From positions 384,001-448,000 of the forward strand of contig CAVPSB010000018.1 of NCBI GenBank assembly GCA_963708025.1: a stretch of 64,000 nucleotides of DNA, read 5' to 3'. This document shows, piece after piece, positions 7,795 to 18,030 of this stretch. Both the position numbers and the translations under genes were made by a program. How positions within the stretch are numbered: position 1 is the first letter of the stretch; every line of letters starts with the position of its first letter. The DNA is from an uncultured Candidatus Rokubacteria bacterium. Its GTDB lineage: Bacteria > Methylomirabilota > Methylomirabilia > Rokubacteriales > DASRDR01. A model generated the notes under the pieces. The model made no database searches. It saw nothing but the letters and a program-made list of their open reading frames with translations, and was not told where the DNA came from.

Positions 7795-9819
7795 TCAGCC
7801 GCCGTAGCCGAGCCAGGCGAAGAGGTGGCCGGGCGGGAAGGGGACGCCGAGGGCCTTCTCGAAGAAGCCGTAGACGAAGACGAAGTTGAACGCGGTGAGC
7901 GCCACCGTGATCGGCCAGCGCTCCCGGGCCCCGAGCCGGAGACAGGCGAGCGTCATCACCGTGGTCCCGATCGCGAAGCCGAGCAGCCAGATCGCTGCGA
8001 AGAACCCGAGGATCCACGCGCAGACCCGGAGCCCGCGGCGCCACGCCTCTCCCGGCGCCAGGTCGGCGGTGCCGCCGGCCGCGTCGAGCGCGACGCCGCT
8101 CCGCCGGCCGGTGAGGTCGCGCGCGAGCTGCACGATCGCCAGGGCCAGGGTGGGCACGACGATTGCCCAGGGGAAGAGCCCGGCCCGGGGGCCGAACCCG
8201 CGGCTCTGCCAGAGCGCCCAGGCGAAGAGGAGCACGATCCCCAGGCCGAACGCGGTGGTGGCGTCGAGCCGCGGTCCCGGGCGCGCGAGGGCCGGCGGCC
8301 CTGCCGCGTCCGGCGCGGTGCGGGGCGCCCTCCGCCGGCGCCGGCGCTCGTTCCAGAAGGGGACGACCAAGCCGGCCGCGATCACCGCCATGAGGGCCAG
8401 CACGCCCGGACGGACGAGCCAGGCGGCGCCGTAGTTGTCGGTGGAGAGGAAGAGCTTGTTCTCGGCCAGCGGCCCCAGCACCAGGCCGAGCAGGAGCGGG
8501 GGCCGGGGCCAGCCGAGCCGCGCCATCACCCAGCCCAGCCCGCCGAACAGCAGGACCACCGCCAGGTCCTGGAAGACGTTCTTTTCGGCGAAGGCGCCGA
8601 CGTAGATCAGCGTCAGGATGAACGGCGTCAGCAGTGTCCCCCGGATCTGCGTGACCCGCGCGAGCTGGTTCATGAAGGCCAGGCAGATGGCGACGGTGAT
8701 GACGTTCGAGACCACGATCGTCCACACCATCGAGAAGGTCACCGCCAGGTGGCCCTTGGGAGCCGGCGTGAGCATCGCGGGCCCCGGGACGAGACCCTGG
8801 ATCAGGAAGGCGCCCATCAGGATCGCGGTGCCGACGCTGGCCGGCACGCCGAACGCGACCGTGGTGACGAGGCTGCCGCCCAGGGTCGAGTTGTTGGCGG
8901 CGCCGGGCCCGAGCACGCCCTCCACCCGCCCCCGGCCGAATTGCTCCCGGTTGGGTGAGCTCTGGACGGCGTGCGCGTAGGCCAGCCACTGGGTCGTCGC
9001 GGCCCCCATCCCCGGGATGATCGCGATGAACGTGCCGAGGGCGCTGCACCGGAGGACCAGCCACCAGTGGACGAACGTGTCGCGGACCCCCTGCCAGACG
9101 CCACCGAGCTTGCCGACCTCGAGCCGGGCGATGCTCGAGCCCTGGACGGCCAGGTCGATGACCTCGGGGATGGCGTAGAAGCCGATGGTGACCGGGACCA
9201 GCCCGATCCCGTCCCAGAGGAAGAGCTGACCGAAGGTGTAGCGCTGGATGCCCGAGACCGGGTCGAGGCCGATCGTCGCCAGCCACAGCCCGAGCCCGCC
9301 GGCCACCAGCCCCCGGAGGAGGGCCTCGCCGCTGAGCGAGGCGACGAACGTGATGCCGACCACGGCCAGCATGAAGAACTCCGGCGAGCCGAAGGTGAGG
9401 ACCAGCGGGCGCACGACCGGGATCGCCAGGCCGAGAACGAGGGCGCCGAAGACGGCGCCGACCAGCGAGCTCATCATCGCCGCCCCCAGCGCCCGGCCGG
9501 CCTCGCCGTTCTTGGCCATGGCGTGGCCGTCGACGATGGTGGCGGCCGAGGTCGGCTCGCCGGGAATGCCGAAGAGGATGGAGGTGATGTCGCCGGTCGT
9601 GTTGGTGACCGCGAACATGCCGAGCAGGAACGCGAACGCCTCGACGGGGTTCATCTTGAAGACGAAGGGCAGCATGAGGGCGAGCGTGGTGGGGCCACCC
9701 AGGCCGGGCAGAATCCCGACCGCGAAGCCGATGGCGATCCCGACCAGCATCAGGCCGAAGGTGGGCCAGGCGAAGACCTGGACCAGCCCCGACCAGCTGG
9801 CCTGGGCGAACTCGACTAT
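7795..9819 (-). CDS. Tripartite tricarboxylate transporter permease TctA fused to a C-terminal TctB-like domain; start 9750 (ATG) or 9819 (ATA)
   Basis: GILPGLG, ILFGIPGEPTSAATIVDGHAMAKNG, AANNS, FGVPAS, LGLVLGPLAE, followed by an extra ~150-aa multi-TM TctB-like part ending LGVPFPPG. Confidence 0.9.
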   Translation of the reverse strand: MVEFAQASWSGLVQVFAWPTFGLMLVGIAIGFAVGILPGLGGPTTLALMLPFVFKMNPVEAFAFLLGMFAVTNTTGDITSILFGIPGEPTSAATIVDGHAMAKNGEAGRALGAAMMSSLVGAVFGALVLGLAIPVVRPLVLTFGSPEFFMLAVVGITFVASLSGEALLRGLVAGGLGLWLATIGLDPVSGIQRYTFGQLFLWDGIGLVPVTIGFYAIPEVIDLAVQGSSIARLEVGKLGGVWQGVRDTFVHWWLVLRCSALGTFIAIIPGMGAATTQWLAYAHAVQSSPNREQFGRGRVEGVLGPGAANNSTLGGSLVTTVAFGVPASVGTAILMGAFLIQGLVPGPAMLTPAPKGHLAVTFSMVWTIVVSNVITVAICLAFMNQLARVTQIRGTLLTPFILTLIYVGAFAEKNVFQDLAVVLLFGGLGWVMARLGWPRPPLLLGLVLGPLAENKLFLSTDNYGAAWLVRPGVLALMAVIAAGLVVPFWNERRRRRRAPRTAPDAAGPPALARPGPRLDATTAFGLGIVLLFAWALWQSRGFGPRAGLFPWAIVVPTLALAIVQLARDLTGRRSGVALDAAGGTADLAPGEAWRRGLRVCAWILGFFAAIWLLGFAIGTTVMTLACLRLGARERWPITVALTAFNFVFVYGFFEKALGVPFPPGHLFAWLGYGG

Positions 9820-10838
9820 CGGAGGAGCCCCTTGAGCTTGGCGGCCACGGCCGGGTCGAGGCGGAACAGCTCCTCGACCAGACGCTCCAGCTCCTCCCCG
9901 CCGACCGGGTCAACGTCCAGCTTGGCCTGCCGGGCGTCGGCGAGGAACTCGGGGTCGCGCAGCGTCTCGATGAAGGCGGTCCGGAGCACCTGCACCCGGT
10001 CGGGCGGGGTGCCGGGCGGGAGCGCGTAGAGGCGGCTGATCGTGGTGGGGACGATGACCGCCGCCCGCAGGAGCTGCCGGGCCTCCTCGGTCCGGACCAG
10101 GTCGAGCGCCAGCGGGACCCGGGGCAGGTCGGGCAGCGGCTTCTCGGTGACCTGGAGCACGATGGTGATCTCGCCGGCGTCCAGCGCCTTGCGCCAGGTG
10201 ACCTTGACCGACTCCCACTGCCAGCAGCCGCCAGAGACCTCGCCGGACTCGGCGGCCAGCCGGATCTCGGCGGTGCCCTTGTATCCCCGCACGAGCTGGA
10301 TGGGCAGGCCGGCGGCCTGGAGGACGCGCGCGGTGTCGTGCGTGGTGTCTCCCGGGCCGACCCCGCCGAGCTTCACCGGCGTCTTGGCCGCCATCCACTG
10401 CTCGGCCGTCGCGATCCCGCTCGCCCGGGTCAGGGCGCAGACCGTGTTGTCTCGCACCGGGATGCCGAGCCACTGGAACTTCCGGGCGTCGAACTCGATC
10501 CCGTCGCGCCCGAGGAGCTGGCCGACGAGCTGGTTGCCGTGGAAGTTGACGATGGTGAGGCCGTCGGGCCGGGCGACCTTGAAGGCGTGGTTGGCGGCGA
10601 TCAGGCTGGCCGCCCCCGGCATGTTCTCCACGACGACGGCGGGCCGGCCGGCGACGTGCTTGGCGAGGTGCCGGCCGATGGTCCGGGAGTAGGTGTCGAA
10701 GCCGCCGCCGGCCGTGAACCCGACGACGATGCGAATGGTCTTGCCCTCGAAGAAGCTGGGCTGGGGCTCGGCCGGCCGGACGGCGGCGAGGGCGGCGAGC
10801 AGCGCGACGACGGCGGTGGCGCGAGCGGGCCTAGTCAT
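9816..10838 (-). CDS. TctC/Bug periplasmic substrate-binding protein
   Basis: Signal peptide; IVVGFTAGGGFD, VENMPGA, PDGLTI, GYKGTAE, PPGTP. Confidence 0.9.
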   Translation of the reverse strand: MTRPARATAVVALLAALAAVRPAEPQPSFFEGKTIRIVVGFTAGGGFDTYSRTIGRHLAKHVAGRPAVVVENMPGAASLIAANHAFKVARPDGLTIVNFHGNQLVGQLLGRDGIEFDARKFQWLGIPVRDNTVCALTRASGIATAEQWMAAKTPVKLGGVGPGDTTHDTARVLQAAGLPIQLVRGYKGTAEIRLAAESGEVSGGCWQWESVKVTWRKALDAGEITIVLQVTEKPLPDLPRVPLALDLVRTEEARQLLRAAVIVPTTISRLYALPPGTPPDRVQVLRTAFIETLRDPEFLADARQAKLDVDPVGGEELERLVEELFRLDPAVAAKLKGLLR

Positions 10839-11862
10839 AGAGGATCGTCCTCAGCCGGGCGATGACCGGCGCTTCCAGGGTGAACAGCCGCTGAACGACG
10901 CGCTCGAGCTCGTCTCCCGGCACCGGCTCGATCTCGAGCTTGGCCTTCTCGGCCTCGGCGAGGAAGGCCGGGTCCCGGAGGGTGGCGGCGAACGCCTGGC
11001 GCACGAGCTGCACGCGGTCCTTCGGCGTCCCCGGCGGCAGGGTGAGCGAGCGGACGATCGCGCTGTCGGTGTGGACCGCGACCTCCAGGGTGCGGCGCGC
11101 CTCGTCGGTCTTCGCGAGGTCGATGGCGAGCGGGACGCCGGTCAGCTCGGGATGACTTTTTGGCGCGACCTGCAGCACCACCGCCACCTCGCCGGTGTCC
11201 AGCGCCTTCCGCCAGGTGGCGCGGATCGAGCCCCAGTTGAAGCACACGCCGGCCAGCTCGCCGGACTCGATGGCGAGCCGGATGTCGGCGGTGCCCTTGT
11301 AGCCGGTGACGAGCTGGATCGGCAGCCCGAGGGCGGCCTTGACCGCGCGCGTCCCGTTGTCGGGCGTGCTGGCGCCCGGCGCGACCCCGCCCATCTTGAC
11401 CGGGGTCGGCGCCGCCATCCACTTGTCCACGCTCGTGATCCCGCTGGCCTTCGCCATCGCGCACACGACGTGGTCGAAGGCGGGGGCGCCGACGAACTCG
11501 AACTTCCGGGCGTCGAACTCGATCCCCTTCTGGCCCAGGACCTGACCGAGGAACAGGCCGCCGATGAAGTGGCCGATGGTCAGCCCGTCGGGCTTCGCCA
11601 CCTTGTAGAGGTGGTTGGCCGCGATGAGGCTGCCGGCGCCCGGCATGTTCTCGACGATGACGGTGGGGGCGCCGGGGAGATGCCGGCCGAGGTGGCGGCC
11701 GAGCGTGCGCGCGAACGCGTCGAAGCCGCCGCCGGCCGAGAAGCCGACGATGATCCGGACCGTCTTGCCGCGGTAGAAGTCGTCCTGGGCGAGCGCGGCG
11801 CCCGGGGCGACGCCGAGCGTCAGGATCAGGAGCCGCAGCCATCCGAGCCCTCGTCTCCTCAT
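10831..11862 (-). CDS. TctC/Bug periplasmic substrate-binding protein (paralogue)
   Basis: ATG at 11862 overlaps the upstream stop; IIVGFSAGGGFD, VENMPGAGS, GYKGTAD. Confidence 0.9.
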   Translation of the reverse strand: MRRRGLGWLRLLILTLGVAPGAALAQDDFYRGKTVRIIVGFSAGGGFDAFARTLGRHLGRHLPGAPTVIVENMPGAGSLIAANHLYKVAKPDGLTIGHFIGGLFLGQVLGQKGIEFDARKFEFVGAPAFDHVVCAMAKASGITSVDKWMAAPTPVKMGGVAPGASTPDNGTRAVKAALGLPIQLVTGYKGTADIRLAIESGELAGVCFNWGSIRATWRKALDTGEVAVVLQVAPKSHPELTGVPLAIDLAKTDEARRTLEVAVHTDSAIVRSLTLPPGTPKDRVQLVRQAFAATLRDPAFLAEAEKAKLEIEPVPGDELERVVQRLFTLEAPVIARLRTILYD

Positions 11863-14138
11863 CGGATCTCTCCCTTCGCGGCCTGGATCGCCCGCCACAC
11901 CCGCTCGGCCGTGAGCGGCAGGTCCGTGACCCGCACGCCCACCGCCCGGGTGACCGCGTTGGCGATGGCCGGGGCGGTGGGGAGCAGGCCGCTCTCCCCG
12001 ATGCCCTTGGCGCCATACGGCCCCGGCCCGTCGCCGTTCTCGATCAGGATGCTCCGGTACTCCGCCGGCAGGTCCCCCATGACCGGCACCCGGTAGTCGA
12101 TGAGCGAGGGGTTCAGGAGCTGGCCGTCCTCGTACACCATCTGCTCGTAGAAGGTGTGGCCGAGCCCCATCATCGCCCCCCCCTCCTCCTGGGCGTGGCA
12201 CTCGCGCGGGTTGATGGCCCGGCCGATGTCCGCCACCGAGACGTAGCGCAGCACCGTCACCACCCCCGTCGCCTCGTCCACCTCGACCTCGGCCGCCGCC
12301 ATCCCGACCTCCCAGAACGGTGCCTCGCCGCCGAGCGGCGCGTGCCCCCGCTCGCCGCGGTAGGTCCCGCGCCCGATCAGCTCGCCGCCCGGCATGCCGA
12401 AGTGTCCGGCCAGCGCCTGGGCGTACGCCAGCTCGCCGGCCGCGCCGACGATCCGCCCGTCGAGGAGCGCCAGCGCCGCCCGGTCGCTCCCGAGCTGGCG
12501 CGCGCCCAGGGCCAGGAGCTGGTCCCGCACGTCGCGGGCAGCGGCGAGGACGGCGAGGCCCATCAAGGTCGTCGAGCGGCTCGCGCTCGTCGCCTGATCG
12601 TAGGGGCTCATGCCCAGCTCCGAGGCGGCGACGCGCACCCAGCCGAGCGGGAGCGCCAGCTCCTCGGCCACGATCTGGGAGAGGACGGTGCGGCCGCCCT
12701 GGCCGCACTCCACGGTGCCGGTGAGGAGCGTCGCGCTCCCGTCGGCGTGGAGCCGCACCATCGCGCTCGACACCGAGGGGGCCAGCGGCGCCTTGATGAC
12801 GCAGGCGAGTCCCTTGCCGCGGCCGGGCGCCGGGGCGGGGTCGTGCCAGCCGACGGCGGCGGCGGCTGTACGGAGGCCTTCCGCGAAGTCGCAGTCGATC
12901 GGGAGGTCGCCCGCGATGAACGTCTCGCCGCGCCCGAGGAGGTTCCGGAGGCGCAGCTCGAGCGGGTCGAGGCCGAGCCGCTCGGCGATCACGTCCATCT
13001 GCGACTCGTAGGCCCAGGCGAGCTGGGGGACGCCGTAGCCGCGGAAGGCCACGCTGACCACCGTGTTGGTGTAGACGCCGTAGGCGGTGATGCGGACGTG
13101 GGGGATGCGGTAGGGGCCGGTCGCGGTGTAGGCCGACTTCTGCACGACGCGGGGACCGACGTCGGCGTAGGCGCCGAGCTGGTAGTGGATCTCGGCCTCG
13201 CGCGCCACCAGCCGGCCGTCGCGCCGGACGCCGGTCCGGAGCCGGTAGCGGACGGCGGCCCGCCGGACCGACTTGAACGCCTCCTCCGCGGTGAGGGCCA
13301 GCCGCACCGGCCGCTTGACGGCGGTGGCGAGGGCGATCACCAGCGGCTCGATCTTGGTGTAGGACTTGTTGCCGTAGGCGGCCCCCAGGTACGGCACGAT
13401 GATCTGGAGGCGTGCCAGCGGCAGCCCGAACATCTCCGCCAGCTCCTTCCGGACGGGGAACGGGTGCTGGGTGGAGGCCCACAGGGTGACCCCCTGGCTG
13501 TCGACGCGCGCGATCGCGCAGTGGGGCTCCAGCGAGACGTGGTGGGCCATCGGGAAGGTGTAGGTCTGCTCCACCACCAGGTCGGCCTCGGCGAAGGCCC
13601 GGTCCGGCTCCCCGCGCTCGTAGCGGTAGTGGTGGCAGACGTTGGTCCCCGCGATGGGGCGGAGGGCCCCGAGGTCCCGGAAATGCCCGGCCGGCCGGGG
13701 CCGCTCGTGGAGCAGGGGCGCGCCGGGGGCGAGTGCCTCGTCGAGGGTGGTCACGGAGGGCAGCTCCGCGTACCGGACGTCGATCAGCCCGAGCGCCGCC
13801 TCGGCGGCCGCCGCGGTGTCGGCCACGACGGCGACGACCGGCTCGCCCGCGTAGCGGATCACGCCGTCGGCCAGGAGCGGCTGGTCCTTGAACGCGGGAC
13901 CGTAGTAGAGGTCCCGGACGGGCAGGTCGGCCGCGGCCAGGACCGCGAGGACGCCGGGGGCGCGGGCCGCGCGGGTCGGGTCCACGCCGAGGAGCCGCGC
14001 GTGGGGCACGGGGCTCCGCCACAGCTTGGCGTGGACCATGCCCGGCACCGCCAGGTCGGTGATGAAGCGCGCGCGCCCGGTGGCCTTGGCCGGGGTGTCA
14101 ACGCGCGGGGCGTCGGTGCCGACGGTCCCGAGGCTCAC
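11859..14138 (-). CDS. Xanthine dehydrogenase-family molybdopterin-binding large subunit
   Basis: RSPVPHA, LEPH, GAAYGNK, AFRGYGVPQ, ECGQG, TSASRST, AKGIGE. Confidence 0.92.
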   Translation of the reverse strand: MSLGTVGTDAPRVDTPAKATGRARFITDLAVPGMVHAKLWRSPVPHARLLGVDPTRAARAPGVLAVLAAADLPVRDLYYGPAFKDQPLLADGVIRYAGEPVVAVVADTAAAAEAALGLIDVRYAELPSVTTLDEALAPGAPLLHERPRPAGHFRDLGALRPIAGTNVCHHYRYERGEPDRAFAEADLVVEQTYTFPMAHHVSLEPHCAIARVDSQGVTLWASTQHPFPVRKELAEMFGLPLARLQIIVPYLGAAYGNKSYTKIEPLVIALATAVKRPVRLALTAEEAFKSVRRAAVRYRLRTGVRRDGRLVAREAEIHYQLGAYADVGPRVVQKSAYTATGPYRIPHVRITAYGVYTNTVVSVAFRGYGVPQLAWAYESQMDVIAERLGLDPLELRLRNLLGRGETFIAGDLPIDCDFAEGLRTAAAAVGWHDPAPAPGRGKGLACVIKAPLAPSVSSAMVRLHADGSATLLTGTVECGQGGRTVLSQIVAEELALPLGWVRVAASELGMSPYDQATSASRSTTLMGLAVLAAARDVRDQLLALGARQLGSDRAALALLDGRIVGAAGELAYAQALAGHFGMPGGELIGRGTYRGERGHAPLGGEAPFWEVGMAAAEVEVDEATGVVTVLRYVSVADIGRAINPRECHAQEEGGAMMGLGHTFYEQMVYEDGQLLNPSLIDYRVPVMGDLPAEYRSILIENGDGPGPYGAKGIGESGLLPTAPAIANAVTRAVGVRVTDLPLTAERVWRAIQAAKGEIR

Positions 14139-16528
14139 GGCGGCGGCGCTCCTCGGCGTGCTTCCCGCAGGGCGCGCCAGACCCGCTCCGGTGTCATCGG
14201 CAGCTCAGTGAGGCGCACGCCCGTCGCGTGGGCGATCGCGTTGCCGATGGCGGGCGCGACGCAGAAGGTCCCGCTCTCCCCGACGCCCTTGGCGCCGAAG
14301 GGGCCGGGCCCGTCGGCGTTCTCGACCAGGATCGTCTCGAAGGCGTCCGGCAGGTCGGCGAAGGTCGGGAGCCGGTAGTCGATCAGGCCGGGGTTCAGGA
14401 GCTGGCCCTGCTCGCCGGCGCGCGCCTCGAAGAGGGCGGGGCCGAGCCCCATGATCGCCGCGCCCTCGTCCTGGGCCGCGCACTCGCGGGGGTTGATGGC
14501 CTGCCCCACGTCGGCCGCCGACACGTAGCGGCGGACCCGGACCGTCCCGGTCTCCGGATCGACCTCGACCTCCGCGGCGCCCATGCCGGTCTCCCAGAAG
14601 GCGGTGGCGCCGCCCAGGCTCCCCGACCACCGGGTCGGCACGAACGACCCGACCCCGGTCACCTCGCCGCCGACCAGGCCGAAGTGGCCGCGGATCACCT
14701 CGGCCACCGTGAGCGCGCCGACCCGGCCCTCGCGAAGGTCGAGGCCAGCGGGGTCCGTCCCGAGCAGCCCGGCCGCCAGCCCCAGGAGCTGCCCGCGCGC
14801 GTCGCGGGCGGCGGCCTGGACGGCCAGCCCCATCAGGGTCGTCGAGCGGCTCGCGCTCGTGCCGTGGTCGAACGGCGTGAGGGAGGTGTCGGGGGCCCCG
14901 ACGACGACGGCCTCGAACGGGACGCCGAGCGTCTCGGCGGCGATCTGGGCCAGCGCGGTCCGCGCCCCCTGGCCCACCTCCACGGTCCCGGCCAGGAGGC
15001 TCACGCTGCCGTCGGCGTGGACGCGGACGATGGCGGTCGAGACCGTGTGCGTCCCGCCGCCGTCCTTCATCGCGCACGCCAGCCCCCGGCCGCGCCCGGG
15101 GGCGCCTGTCGCGCCCCGGTCGAGCGCGCGCGCCACCGCCAGGAGGCCCTCGGCCATGTCGCCGTCCATCGGGGTGTCGCCGGCCACGTACTCCTCGCCG
15201 CGCTCGAGGAGGTTCCGGAGGCGCAGCTCGAGCGGATCGAGGCCGAGCCGCTCGGCGATCGCGTCCATCTGCGACTCCGAGGCCCAGGTCACCTGGGGGA
15301 CGCCGTACCCGCGGTAGGCGCCGGCCGGCACGTTGTTGGTGTAGACGCATCGGGCGCCGATGCGGAGCCCGGGGATGCGGTACGGCCCGAGGGCGCGGGA
15401 GCCGGCCTTGGTGGCCACGCGGGGCCCGATGTCCGCGTAGGCGCCGGTGTCGAGGACGACGTCGGACTCGCGCCCGAGGAGCGTCCCGTCCCGCCGGACG
15501 GCGGTCCGGAGCCGCACCGTCACCGCGTGGCGGCTGATCGTCCGGGCGCTCTCCTCCAGGGAGAGCGCGAGCCGCACGGGCCGCTGGACGCGCGCGGCGA
15601 GCGCGGCGGCGAGCGGCTCGATCTTGGTGTAGCACTTCCCTCCGAAGGCGCCGCCGATCAGCGGGACCACCACCTGGACGTGAGAGAGCGGCAGCCCGAA
15701 GACCTCCGCCAGCTCCTTCCGGACCGGGAACGGGTGCTGGGTCCCAGCCCAGACCGTGACGCCGTCCGCGTCCACCCGCGCGAGGGCGCAGTGGGGCTCG
15801 AGGGCGTGGTGCGACAGCGCCGGGTAGCGGTAGACGTCCTCCACGACGAGGTCGGCCTCGGCGAACGCCCGCACCAGGTCGCCGCGCTCGTACTGGTAGT
15901 ACTGGCAGACGTTGGTGCCGGGGACGGGCCGGAGCCCGGACAGGTCGCGGAAGTGGCCGGCGCGGTCCAGCGTGGGATGGATCAGCGGGGCGTCCGCCGC
16001 CAGCGCCGCCTCCGCGGTCGTCGCGGCCGGCAGCTCCCGGTACCGGACGTCGAGCACCCCCAGCGCGGCCGCGGCGCGGGCCTCCGTCTCGGCGACGACG
16101 GCGACCACCGGCTCGCCGGCGTAGCGGATCACCTCGTGGGCGAGGATCGGCTGGTCCTTGAAGGCGGGCCCGTAGTGAAGGCGCGTCACGGGCAGGTCGG
16201 CCGCCGTGCAGACGGCTACCACGCCGGGCATCGCGGCCGCGCGGGCGGCGTCGACGCCGAGGAGCCGGGCGTGCGGCACGGGGCTCCGCCAGAGGCGGGC
16301 GTGGACCATCCCGGGCAGCGCGAGGTCGGTGACGTAGCGGGCGGCGCCCGTCACCTTGTCGCCGGCGTCGAGCCGGGGGACCGAGCGCCCGACGATCGAG
16401 ACCCCCCCGACTCTTCGACGGCCTTCGGCCTTTGGCGGCCCCTCCCCACCGGTCGACGGCCTCCGGCCTTTGGCCGGGGGGAGGGGCGGCGTGCTTGCCG
16501 CCGACTGACGGCCAGGCGATAGCGTCAC
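14135..16528 (-). CDS. Xanthine dehydrogenase-family molybdopterin-binding large subunit (paralogue); start uncertain, N-terminus carries a repeat element
   Basis: GGAFGGK, AYRGYGVPQ, EVGQG, AKGVGE. Homology begins near 16400 (SIVGRSVPRLD); the nearest upstream in-frame start is GTG 16528. Confidence 0.9.
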   Translation of the reverse strand: MTLSPGRQSAASTPPLPPAKGRRPSTGGEGPPKAEGRRRVGGVSIVGRSVPRLDAGDKVTGAARYVTDLALPGMVHARLWRSPVPHARLLGVDAARAAAMPGVVAVCTAADLPVTRLHYGPAFKDQPILAHEVIRYAGEPVVAVVAETEARAAAALGVLDVRYRELPAATTAEAALAADAPLIHPTLDRAGHFRDLSGLRPVPGTNVCQYYQYERGDLVRAFAEADLVVEDVYRYPALSHHALEPHCALARVDADGVTVWAGTQHPFPVRKELAEVFGLPLSHVQVVVPLIGGAFGGKCYTKIEPLAAALAARVQRPVRLALSLEESARTISRHAVTVRLRTAVRRDGTLLGRESDVVLDTGAYADIGPRVATKAGSRALGPYRIPGLRIGARCVYTNNVPAGAYRGYGVPQVTWASESQMDAIAERLGLDPLELRLRNLLERGEEYVAGDTPMDGDMAEGLLAVARALDRGATGAPGRGRGLACAMKDGGGTHTVSTAIVRVHADGSVSLLAGTVEVGQGARTALAQIAAETLGVPFEAVVVGAPDTSLTPFDHGTSASRSTTLMGLAVQAAARDARGQLLGLAAGLLGTDPAGLDLREGRVGALTVAEVIRGHFGLVGGEVTGVGSFVPTRWSGSLGGATAFWETGMGAAEVEVDPETGTVRVRRYVSAADVGQAINPRECAAQDEGAAIMGLGPALFEARAGEQGQLLNPGLIDYRLPTFADLPDAFETILVENADGPGPFGAKGVGESGTFCVAPAIGNAIAHATGVRLTELPMTPERVWRALREARRGAPPP
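16402..16486. repeat. Dispersed GC-rich repeat (GACGGCCTTCGGCC hairpin module, two copies)
   Basis: Modules at 16417 and 16455; highly similar to 17940-18015. Confidence 0.8.
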
Positions 16529-16534
16529 TTGCGT

Positions 16535-17032
16535 TCAGCCGCCATCGCCTGTCCCCGCGCCGGGTGCCAGGCGCCGGGAGGCGGCCAGGATCGCGTCCAG
16601 GATGCGCTGGTAGCCGGTGCACCGGCAGATGTTGCCGCGCATGTAGTGCTTGACCTCGGCCGGGGTCGGCGCCGGGATCTCGCCGAGCAGGGCGACGGTG
16701 GCCATGATCATGCCCGGCGTGCAGAAGCCGCACTGGAGCGCGCCGTGCTCGACGAACGCCTCCTGGATGGGGTGGAGCTCCTCGCCGCGGGCCAGGCCCT
16801 CGACGGTGCGGACGTGCTTCCCCCGCGCCTCGAAGGCCAGGGTCGTGCAGGCGCTCACCGGCTGATCGTCGAGGAGCACGGTGCAGGCGCCGCAGACCTG
16901 GACGTCGCACGACTTCTTCACACCCAGGAGTCCGAGGCGATCGCGGAGACACTCGATCAGCGTCTCCCAGGCCGGCACGGTCAGCTCGTGCCGCTCCCCG
17001 TTGACCGTCACCGTCATCGCCACCTCTCTCAT
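16535..17032 (-). CDS. (2Fe-2S)-binding small subunit, CoxS/XdhC-like
   Basis: [14 protein letters not shown]...[18 protein letters not shown]. Confidence 0.93.
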   Translation of the reverse strand: MREVAMTVTVNGERHELTVPAWETLIECLRDRLGLLGVKKSCDVQVCGACTVLLDDQPVSACTTLAFEARGKHVRTVEGLARGEELHPIQEAFVEHGALQCGFCTPGMIMATVALLGEIPAPTPAEVKHYMRGNICRCTGYQRILDAILAASRRLAPGAGTGDGG

Positions 17033-17910
17033 CGGGACTCTTCGCGGACGCCGAGCCCGGCCAGGGCCTGGTGGAACGCGCGCGCCAGGAGGACGCCGAC
17101 CAGGTGCGCCTTGTACTCCGCCGAGCCGTGGAGGTCGGTGACGGCGTCGGCCGCGCGACCGGCGACCCGGCCCGCCTCGGCGAGGGCCGCCCGGCTCTCG
17201 CCGAGGGCCTTGCCCTCGAGGAGCGCCTCGGCCTCGCGCATCCGGCGCGGCACCGGACCGACGCAGCCCACCGCGATCCGGACGCCGGCGACGCGCCCGT
17301 CGTCGACCGTCACGGCGACCGCGACCCCGACCGAGGGCCGCTCGAGGATGCCGAGCTTGAGGTAGGCGGCGGCCGACCGCGGCGGGGGCGGCGGCACCAC
17401 GACCTCGGTCAGGATCTCGTCACCCTCCAGGCAGGTCTCGAAGGGGCCGACGAAGAGGGCTTCCAGCGGGATCGTCCGCTCGCCGCCGGCCCGCTCGATG
17501 CGCGCCGTCGCGTCGAAGACCTCCAGCAGGGTCCCGGGGTCCGCGTGCGGCTCGGCGAAGCAGAGGTTGCCGGCCAGCGTCCCCATGGTGCGCACCCGGA
17601 CGTTGGCCACGTCCCCTTCCATCCGGGCGAGGGCCGGGAAGTGCTCGCGCACGATCGGGTCCCGCTCGATGGCGCGATGGGTGGTGGCGCCGCCGATCCG
17701 GAGGCTGCCGTCGGGGCCGAGGCGAAGGCCGGCCAGGCCGGCGATGGTCTTCACGTTGACGAGGTAGTCGTAGTGAGCCAGCCCTTCCTTCATCACCAGG
17801 AGCAGCTCGGTGCCCCCCGCGTAGAGCCGGGCGGCGTCGCCGTGCCGCGCCAGCAGCTCCGAGGCCTCGGCCACCGAGGCCGGCTCGACCAGATCGAACG
17901 GTCTCAGCAT
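17029..17910 (-). CDS. FAD-binding medium subunit, CoxM/CutM-like
   Basis: AGGTEL, IGGATT, VRTMGTLAGN, DLHGSAEYK. Confidence 0.93.
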   Translation of the reverse strand: MLRPFDLVEPASVAEASELLARHGDAARLYAGGTELLLVMKEGLAHYDYLVNVKTIAGLAGLRLGPDGSLRIGGATTHRAIERDPIVREHFPALARMEGDVANVRVRTMGTLAGNLCFAEPHADPGTLLEVFDATARIERAGGERTIPLEALFVGPFETCLEGDEILTEVVVPPPPPRSAAAYLKLGILERPSVGVAVAVTVDDGRVAGVRIAVGCVGPVPRRMREAEALLEGKALGESRAALAEAGRVAGRAADAVTDLHGSAEYKAHLVGVLLARAFHQALAGLGVREESR

Positions 17911-17914
17911 GTTG

Positions 17915-18030
17915 TTCGGGACCTCCCGCCTACCCGATCCTTCGACGGCCTTCGGCCTCTGGCCCCCCTCCCCCGACCGTTGGACGGCCTTCGGCCTGTG
18001 GCGGGGGGGAGGGGGGTGCCGGAGAGACCG
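17915..18030. repeat. Dispersed modular repeat, full-length copy
   Basis: TTCGGGACCTCCCGCC end plus two GACGGCCTTCGGCC modules (17944, 17983) and a G-rich end; overlaps the last codons of the CoxG domain. Confidence 0.8.

Noticed and set aside
11859-17910. Aerobic CO dehydrogenase (coxMSL plus coxG)
   Set aside because: The large subunits have AFRGYG/AYRGYG rather than the form I AYxCSFR loop; generic Mo-hydroxylase.
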